NCBI RefSeq assembly: GCF_032191835.1
Contig: NC_083236.1
Span: 14,942,001-15,006,000, forward strand
DNA from: Heteronotia binoei
Taxonomy: Eukaryota
DNA length: 64,000 bases
Direction of reading: 5' to 3'
Positions within the stretch are counted from its first letter, which is position 1, and every line of letters begins with the position of its first letter. The notes under the pieces were generated by a model. It made no database searches and was not told the DNA's origin. It was given only the letters and a program-made list of their open reading frames with translations. Both the position numbers and the translations under genes were made by a program. Positions 57,501-64,000 of the stretch are shown piece after piece.

Positions 57501-60500
57501 GAGCCGTGTCGGAAAGAAGATAATGAACAAACTCCCAGGAAGGAAGAAAGTAGCCCTGTCAGAATTCTAAGACAAGGGCTCCTCCTGGAAGAGGCTTCTT
57601 GGGACTGGGTGAAGTTGTGATGCAAACGGTCCTTATTCTACCTCTTCCCAAAACTGCCTGCATGTCATGCTGCAGAGGGGGGCCCAAATGAGGAAAAGGG
57701 GGAGAGGTCAGTCTGGCTTGCCAGGCATGTGCAGTTCTAGTCCTCAGGTGGGTCATGGTAGATTCTGTAAAACTCCTGGCTCAGCTGCTCCAGGGATTCC
57801 TCATTGCCCATTTGTAAGCAAGGATGCTTTCTAGTCCCTCAGTATCAGTACTGCTTGCCTGTACACTGATTGTATAATTGCCTGTGATCAGGTCTCCTTG
57901 TAGAATTTTAGAGTTCAGTGTTGGAATCTCTGATGTGTTCAGGGAAATCAGCTGTGAGTTTGAACTTGTACAGCAGATCCATGTGTCATTGTGGCGGGCT
58001 GCACCTTCAGTTTTGAAGCTGGCTGCAACTGGTGGCTTCTGGAGCTCTGGTTTTAAAAAAAAAGTTCCTTCAAGCTTGAAATCCAGCCACCTCTGATACG
58101 GTCAACTGCACAAAACAATTCCATTATCTCAGGAGATGAGAGTTGAAGTGGATAAAATGGGTGCCAAAAATAGGCTTCTTCTCACTGCTTTCTGTTTGCA
58201 GGGAAACTGGATGAGAAGAAACCCCCAGAGGCAGATATGAAGTAAGTAAGCTGCGTTCAGTAGATTATCCCCAGGGTTTAAGTGAGATTTGGGGCCTTTT
58301 TCAAGCAGTTGCTTACTTTAAGTTGAAACGAGGGCTGTTGAATGGACTTCCCACAGGACTTAGGATAGAGCAAGCAAATATCTAGGCTGGGTTCATCACC
58401 CCTTTGAGCTCATTGCCTTCCTGTAGGACAACTTTAGTATCCAGAACTGCAGGAAACTGGTGGTGGGAAGGGCTTACTTTAGAGGAACCTGTATGTTTTC
58501 GTGCTCTCTGAGCCTTTTTAATGCATATCTCTTTTGCAAACAGTATCTTTGAGGACATTGGAGATTACGTGCCGTCTGCGGCAAAGATGCCACGAGAGAA
58601 AGAGCGGGAGAGGTACAGGGAACGGGACCGAGAGCGCGAGAGAGAGCGAGACAGGGAACACGAGCGGGACCGTGAACGGGACCGAGAGAGGGAGCGAGAA
58701 CGTGAACGGGAGGAAGAGAAGAAGAGGCACAGTTACTTTGAAAAACCCAAAGCTGATGACGAGGTAAGTGAATGTTATTTCTGCCAGCATGCCATGTCCA
58801 GGGATTTGAAAGTGCAAGCTGGGAATACTTCCTTGGTTGCAGTAACAGCTGTAGGGCCTTGGCGTAGTATGCTGGGTTTAAGAATTCCTTGGGGTCATAG
58901 CTGGGGCTATGAGTTTCTTCCAGATTGGATGTCTCTGGTGTAGAATTCACAGTGGGGAGCCAGAGAATGCAGTGAGGTGGATGGTATGTTGTTTCATAGT
59001 ACAAAGGAGGGATAATGAAGAGTCATGAATTCTGAACAGATCTGTCCCTTCCCTCTTGCCTAATGTGAGACCCTGACACTTCAGTCGCTCCCTTTGTTGG
59101 CCTCTCAGAATAATGAGTTCTTTCCTTTCTCCTTTTAGCCAATTGATATTGATAAAGGTAAGTTCCTCTTTTTTATGTTCAATTTGAAATGGACTGAGAT
59201 ACATAGGACTTATTTTTGATCATATAAGGTATGTTTTATGGGCTTGTGGGGCAGGGTGAGGTTTAATTCTGAACCCTGCGGTTTTGTGAATGTTAAGAAA
59301 TAATAAGACTGAAGCATGTGGCTGCTAGGACTAAATAGTCCAGTCTGAATCCCCCTGATGTTGGTCTTGTGCAGGAAAACTGTCCTACAATGGCTCTCCT
59401 TCCCTCCTTCAAGGTTGGGGACAGAGAGTGGCACTAGGGGAGAGGGTTTCCCCAGGATTCCCATTGGTTTGCGGGGTCCCTCAGGGGGTGATCCTCTGCC
59501 TAATGTTGTTTAACATCTATATGCCCCATCTCGCCCAGCTATTCCGGGGGTTTGGATTTGGGTGCAATCAATATGCTGATGACACCCAACTGTATCTGTT
59601 AGTGGATGGCCAGCCAGACATGGCCTCAGATGTTTTGGACTGGGCACTGAAGGCTGTGGCTGGTTGGTTGCAGCAGAGCTGGCTGAAGTTGAATCCATCA
59701 AAGACAGACGTCCTGTACCTAAGCCACTGCGGTCTAGATGGGAGAATCCAGCTCCTGATCCGGGACGTGGGGTTGGGGGCAGTGTTGATGCCTAGGGTCC
59801 AGAGTCTAGGAGTGATATTGGATTCCTCACTATCAATGGAGGCCCAGGTCACTGCAGTTGCCAAATCAGCCTTCTTTTAATTTTTGGCAGGTTCAGCAAT
59901 TAGTCCCTTATATTTTCTCCCATGACTTAACTACAGTGATCCATGCAGTGGCCACTTCCAGATTAGACTATTGTAACTCTCTCTGTGCGGGTCTATCCTT
60001 GTACCTGACCTGGAAGCTGAAGCTAGTGCAGAATGCGGCAGCGTGCCTGCTAGCTGTGCCCTCTCTGCAGACATGCTTTCGCCCTGTGCTAGGTGAGCGG
60101 CTTTGGTTGCCAATAAGAACTCTGGATCCATTTCAGGGTGTTGGTTTTAACCTTAAAGGCCTTGGGCGGCCAAGGATCAACATACCTGAGGCACCGCCTC
60201 TCCCCTTATGTACCCCAAAGGGCCTTACGTTTAGCCAATCAACATCTACTCATAATCCCTGGCCCAAAAGATGTCTGAGTTGCCTCAACTAGGGCCAGAG
60301 TGTTCTTCACCCTGACCCCAACCTGGCGGAATGAGCTCCCAGTTAAGATTAGGGCCCTGCAGGATTTGTTACAATTCTTCAGGTCCTGCAAAGCAGAGCT
60401 ATTCCACCAGGATTTTAATTGAGGCTGCAGACATCCAGCTAATTTCAGCCCCTCCCGCTCAAACCACTGTAAAGCTGTTTGGCTGCGATTCATAACGGCA

Positions 60501-63500
60501 GGGAACGATGTAATTTGAGATACCCGCGAACCAGACCGTATTTATTAATAGCTGATGCAGAATCAGGATAACAGGACATTTTTAATATGCCATCTGTCTG
60601 TTTTGTGGTTTTAACTGATATTTTTGGAATTTTAATGCAGTTACTGTTAATTTTGATGTTGTAATTTGCCCTGAACTTGCTTGCAGGGAGGGCAGGAGAG
60701 AAATAAAATAAATAAATAAAAGGCTCATGTTATCTTAGCTGTAGAAAAGAGCAAGAGTCCAGTTGCACCTGTTAAAGACTAACAGCATTTGTAGTAGGGT
60801 AGGAGCTTTCTTGAGTCACCGCTCACGTCTTCGGATCTTAGCTGACCTGTTCAGGGATTTGTGCTTTTAAAAGATTCTCTTCACGTATCTTCTAAAATCA
60901 GTAACTCCGATGTATTCCTAAATAACTGTGTTAGTCTCCTGCAGCCTAAATGATAGTGGGCCAACCTACAGGTAGTGACTGGAGCTCTCCCACTATTACA
61001 ACTTGTCTCCAAGCAACAAAGATCTGTTCACCTGGAGAAAATGGCTCCTTTTGAAGGTGGACTCCGTGGCATTATGCCCCATTGAAGTCCCTCCCCCAAA
61101 CTCCCACCTCCTCAGGCTCCATCTCCCAAAATCTGCAGGTATTTCCCAACCTGAAGCTGGTCAACCCTGTGCCTTAAAGACTGCCTCACTCATTGTGACA
61201 TCGCTTTGTGGGCTGATTGCATCATCTGATGGAGTGCTGAACGACTTGGACTAGGATCTGGGAGACCTGTGCTGTGTATGCCTGCTGCGTGACCTTGGGC
61301 CAGTCACGGATGCTTAGGCTGCTAACCTCCCTTAGAGGGTTGTTGTGAGGATATAACGAAGAGCCACTTTGGGTCCACATTGGGGAGAAAGGTGGGACTC
61401 AAGAAAGCTCAGACCACAATACATGTATTAGTCTTCCAGGTGATATGAGATTGTCATGTATGCTGTATTTGATAGCTGTCTGTCGTCCGCTGACCCCCTG
61501 TGTGCTTCCTTATGTTGTGGGTCACTCGGTTACTGCTGGTTTTTTTGCACATCAACCATGTCTGAGTAGCTTGCTGTGACGGCTTGCGTGTATTACTTGT
61601 TTTAGGACAGTGGGGTAAGAGCCCTTTCTTTTGACCATGGGCATTGGGAGTGTAGAATCACTTCTGTATGGGAATGATCTCTCCTGCCTCTGTGCTTTTC
61701 TCTACCTGCAGGACCAGGATCAGCCAAGGAACTAATTAAGTCCATCAATGAGAAGTTTGCCGGTGCCGGCGGCTGGGAAGGAGCCGATTCATATCCTTTC
61801 ACGTGAATCAGATTTTTGGATGGGAGCCAGTGGCCACAGGCCCTGATCTGGTGCAGGGCCAGTTGCAGCTTTTCAGGAGCCCTGGGCAGAGAATTCCCAA
61901 GGGAGCTCCTTCCCAACTACCTGCCCAGCCTGTGCATCCTTCCCCTGCCCTGCTCACAAGTCCTCTGACTGCCCATGCTCCTAGCCATCTGCACTGCCAC
62001 AGCCCTTTTCCTGATGGCACTGGGCATATGGATGGCGAACCGCTCAAAAGTGAACTGGCGGACAAACGGCATGTCGAGGCACTGGCAGTTGGGGCGTTTG
62101 CCTTACCAGAAGCCCTGGGTCCCAACAGCAGCCCCACCTAAGGGTATGCTGAAGCCAGCCCTGTCTGGATGGCACAAACGAGCCCAATCTCAGAAGCTAA
62201 GTAGGATTAGTCCGGGTTAGTATTTGGATGGGAGATCACCAAATAAGCCCACAGTTGCTATGGAGAGGCAGGCAGCGGCAAATCATCTCTGAACGTCTCT
62301 TGCCTTTGGAAACCCTTTAGGGTTGCCATAAGTTGACTGTGACTTGATGGCATTTTCCACCACTACAGTGGCTGTAGAAAGCTGAAGCCTGAACGGTCTC
62401 CCTCCTCTCCTGGATTCAGATGTTAATCTACAACCCTGCCTTGTAAAGATGCTGTCTTCCTGAAGTGGGGTGGGGCAGTTCTGGAGACTCCTCAGAAATG
62501 ACCAAGAACTCTGATTCTTGGTGGGCCAATTAGAACTGCTGGCTTCTAAAGTGTGGGGAGGGCAGTGGCACACTTCTTGCTCTGAAGTGGGCAGTGATAT
62601 TACTCACCGCAGTAGAATCGGTAACAGGGAGCATCTATCCCAGGGGTCCTCAACATTTTTGAGCCCACAAGCATATTTGGAATTCTGATGCAGCATGGAG
62701 GGCGCAGCAACAAAATGGCTGCCACAGAATGGCTGCTGCAGAAGGCATAAAATGATTGACATAACTTTACTTCCAATGCACGGTGAAGATTCTTGTGCTG
62801 TACTGGCAGCTGCCGCCAAAGCAATGTTTTAAAAAAATCTGCCCAGCCAATCAAATCTTCTAATAGTTGATCAGAAGCCTTGCTGGGAAAAAGCCCTACC
62901 TGGCCCCACCCACCTCCTAAAGATAATTGGTGGGGTGCCAGAAAATATGTTGGCTGGTGCAGTGGTGCCCAGATGCACCATGTTGGGGACCCCTGGTCTA
63001 CACAATGCAAAATGTGTTGACTAGGGAGTTATTGCCACTGTTGTGAGTCAAGCCTATGGAGGAGAACGCCTTTATGTATGTCCTGCCTTTCTCTTCCAAG
63101 GAGACCCCAGCAGCTTCCGTCACTCTCCTTGTCCTCCGTTTTATCCTCTGCTGGTCACTAAGTAAGCTTCCATGGCAGAATGGGGCTGCAAATCAGATCT
63201 TAGTCCGACACTCTAACCACAACACCAAAATGGCTGTTTCCCCCTTCAGTAACTTGTGCCTTGTGTTGCTGTCAGTGGGGACAAGCAACAGCTTGGGGGA
63301 GGGAGTGTTGGGAGGGAAACGGAAGACAAAAGAGGCATGTTCACTGGGGTGAGAGGAGCCCATCTATTCCAGCCCCCCACTGTAGAGCTGGATTTGGGCC
63401 TAGCTTTCTCCTTCCTGTTCCCATGAATGCTGTCATTTGTAGAATTACCCAGACTGTTGGTTTTTCCCTTAACATTTGCCACAATTAAAAAACCTGAAGA

Positions 63501-63563
63501 CAAAAAACAGCTGGGTGACTTCTTTGGAATGTCGAACAGCTACGCTGAATGTTACCCTGCAAC
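48592..63563 (+). CDS. IK: IK / Protein Red (spliceosomal B-complex factor), exons 1-15, 3' partial; join(48592..48607,51259..51325,52023..52115,52371..52430,54926..55093,55191..55305,56462..56532,56653..56699,57067..57230,57324..57432,58202..58241,58544..58763,59139..59157,61712..61790,63483..63563,...)
   Basis: Near-identity to recalled vertebrate IK: MPERDSEPFSNPLAPDGH, SKLTNEDFRKLLMTPR, YYAKLRQQEIERERELAEKYRDRAKERR, FLGGDMEHTHLVKGLDFALLQKVRAE, the RE/RD dipeptide tract, and KKPEDKKQLGDFFGMSNSYAECYP. All exon phases are consistent. The gene continues beyond base 64000. Confidence 0.97.
49317..49584 (-). mobile_element. Squam3-like SINE in IK intron 1
   Basis: Full-length copy with a (GAA)n tail on the + strand. 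Confidence 0.85.
50986..51144. mobile_element. Palindromic Penelope-like-element derivative
   Basis: Same inverted arms as 14835-15017. Confidence 0.65.
51733..51948 (+). mobile_element. 5S rRNA-derived SINE
   Basis: cctgatctcatcagatcccagaagctaagcaagg...ggttagtgcttcgataggagac. Confidence 0.7.
53270..54360 (-). mobile_element. Old CR1 fragments, interrupted by a hAT MITE
   Basis: Reverse CR1-like phrases such as ttttagttgccctcttctg and ttgagatgggatgactaaaactg; highly diverged. Confidence 0.5.
53478..53615. mobile_element. hAT MITE family C
   Basis: Exact TSD GTGTAGAT. Confidence 0.92.
56822..57040 (+). mobile_element. tRNA-derived SINE in IK intron 8
   Basis: ggctcagtggtagag...ggttcaatccccggcatctcca ... 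ggcagcttcatatgttcatatg. Confidence 0.85.
59340..60722 (+). mobile_element. Degenerate L2 LINE (RT domain to 3' end) in IK intron 13
   Basis: GVPQGVIL...FNIYM...YADDTQLY, SRLDYCNSL and LVQNAAA, with multiple frameshifts and an (AAAT)n tail. Confidence 0.88.
62158..62363 (+). mobile_element. 5S rRNA-derived SINE inside the IK U12 intron
   Basis: atctcagaagctaagtagg...ggttagtatttggatgggagatcacc, followed by the same tail as 47133-47345. Confidence 0.72.
62641..62995. mobile_element. hAT/Charlie-type MITE inside the IK U12 intron
   Basis: CAGGGGTCCTCAAC...GTTGGGGACCCCTG termini. Confidence 0.75.
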
Positions 63564-64000
63564 GTAAGGAAGCTGTGTTCCTCCAGGGGGGTGGGAAACT
63601 ACTTGGACTTCAACAAGATGCTTGCTTGCTTTGCCTGGTGGGCTATTTTAAAGATGCTTTCCCAGCTGGCAATGTGGAAATGGCTGCTAGCCACTCATAC
63701 ACCCTTGTGTAGAATGTGCAGAGTGCTGTATAATTGGGGCAAACGTGAGTGCTCTTTCGCTGATGGGTTTTCTCTCTCATGCTGGATTAATGCTCCCTTG
63801 AGTCCAGAAGTTTTTCCTTCTCTCCTTACTCCACCACATCTTTGATGTGGTTTGTAGACCAAATCAAAAGGGAACCTGGTTGCTTCCACTGGACCACTAG
63901 TCCCAAAACACTGTTGCTGGTTGACAATGAACCTTTGCTAGAATCCAACTGTAATAATTATTGTGGCCCTATTTGAATGTGAGATCTGTGCCTGAGCTGC

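Larger units (their letters stand above)
61791..63482 (+). other. IK: U12-type (minor spliceosome) AT-AC intron of IK
   Basis: 5' site is TC|ATATCCTTTC, the branch box TTTTTCCCTTAAC is at 63461-63473, and the intron ends in AC at 63481-63482. This joins ...GWEGADS to IKKPEDKK in frame. Confidence 0.93.

Noticed and set aside
57042-57620. 192-aa ORF as an independent gene
   Set aside because: It is IK exons 9-10 read through the 93-nt intron and flanking intron sequence.
61803-62141. 112-aa ORF in the IK U12 intron
   Set aside because: GTG start, no homology recognised, and no compatible splice sites.
62180-62240. 5S rRNA gene or vault RNA
   Set aside because: Only the internal 5S segment is present, diverged and fused to SINE sequence. 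No vault RNA termini were seen.

Overview
Eukaryotic (vertebrate) genomic DNA, almost certainly a squamate reptile. It carries a Sauria-type SINE, Bov-B/RTE, CR1, L2 and many hAT MITEs; gecko is my inference from the SINE/MITE types. Gene order CD14(-), TMCO6(+), NDUFA2(-), IK(+) matches the conserved human 5q31.3 block. I reconstructed all exons by hand from splice signals and reading-frame phase: CD14 (one coding exon), TMCO6 (12 exons, 511 aa), NDUFA2 (3 exons, 97 aa) and IK/Protein Red (exons 1-15; the gene runs off the window and includes a U12 AT-AC intron). The ~25 kb CD14-TMCO6 gap and the introns are dense in mobile DNA. It includes a very young, internally deleted Gypsy (Gmr1-like) LTR element at the top of a five-level same-strand nested stack, a solo LTR, SINEs with internal tandem amplification, Penelope-derived palindromes with hammerhead-ribozyme-like cores, a 41-bp minisatellite and a perfect 71-bp palindrome next to an orphan TATA/exon/donor module. 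No CRISPR array, rRNA gene or bona fide tRNA gene was found. TE family names come from recalled motifs, not from a database search. I found no clear wholly new system; the best candidates for a second look are given as findings.
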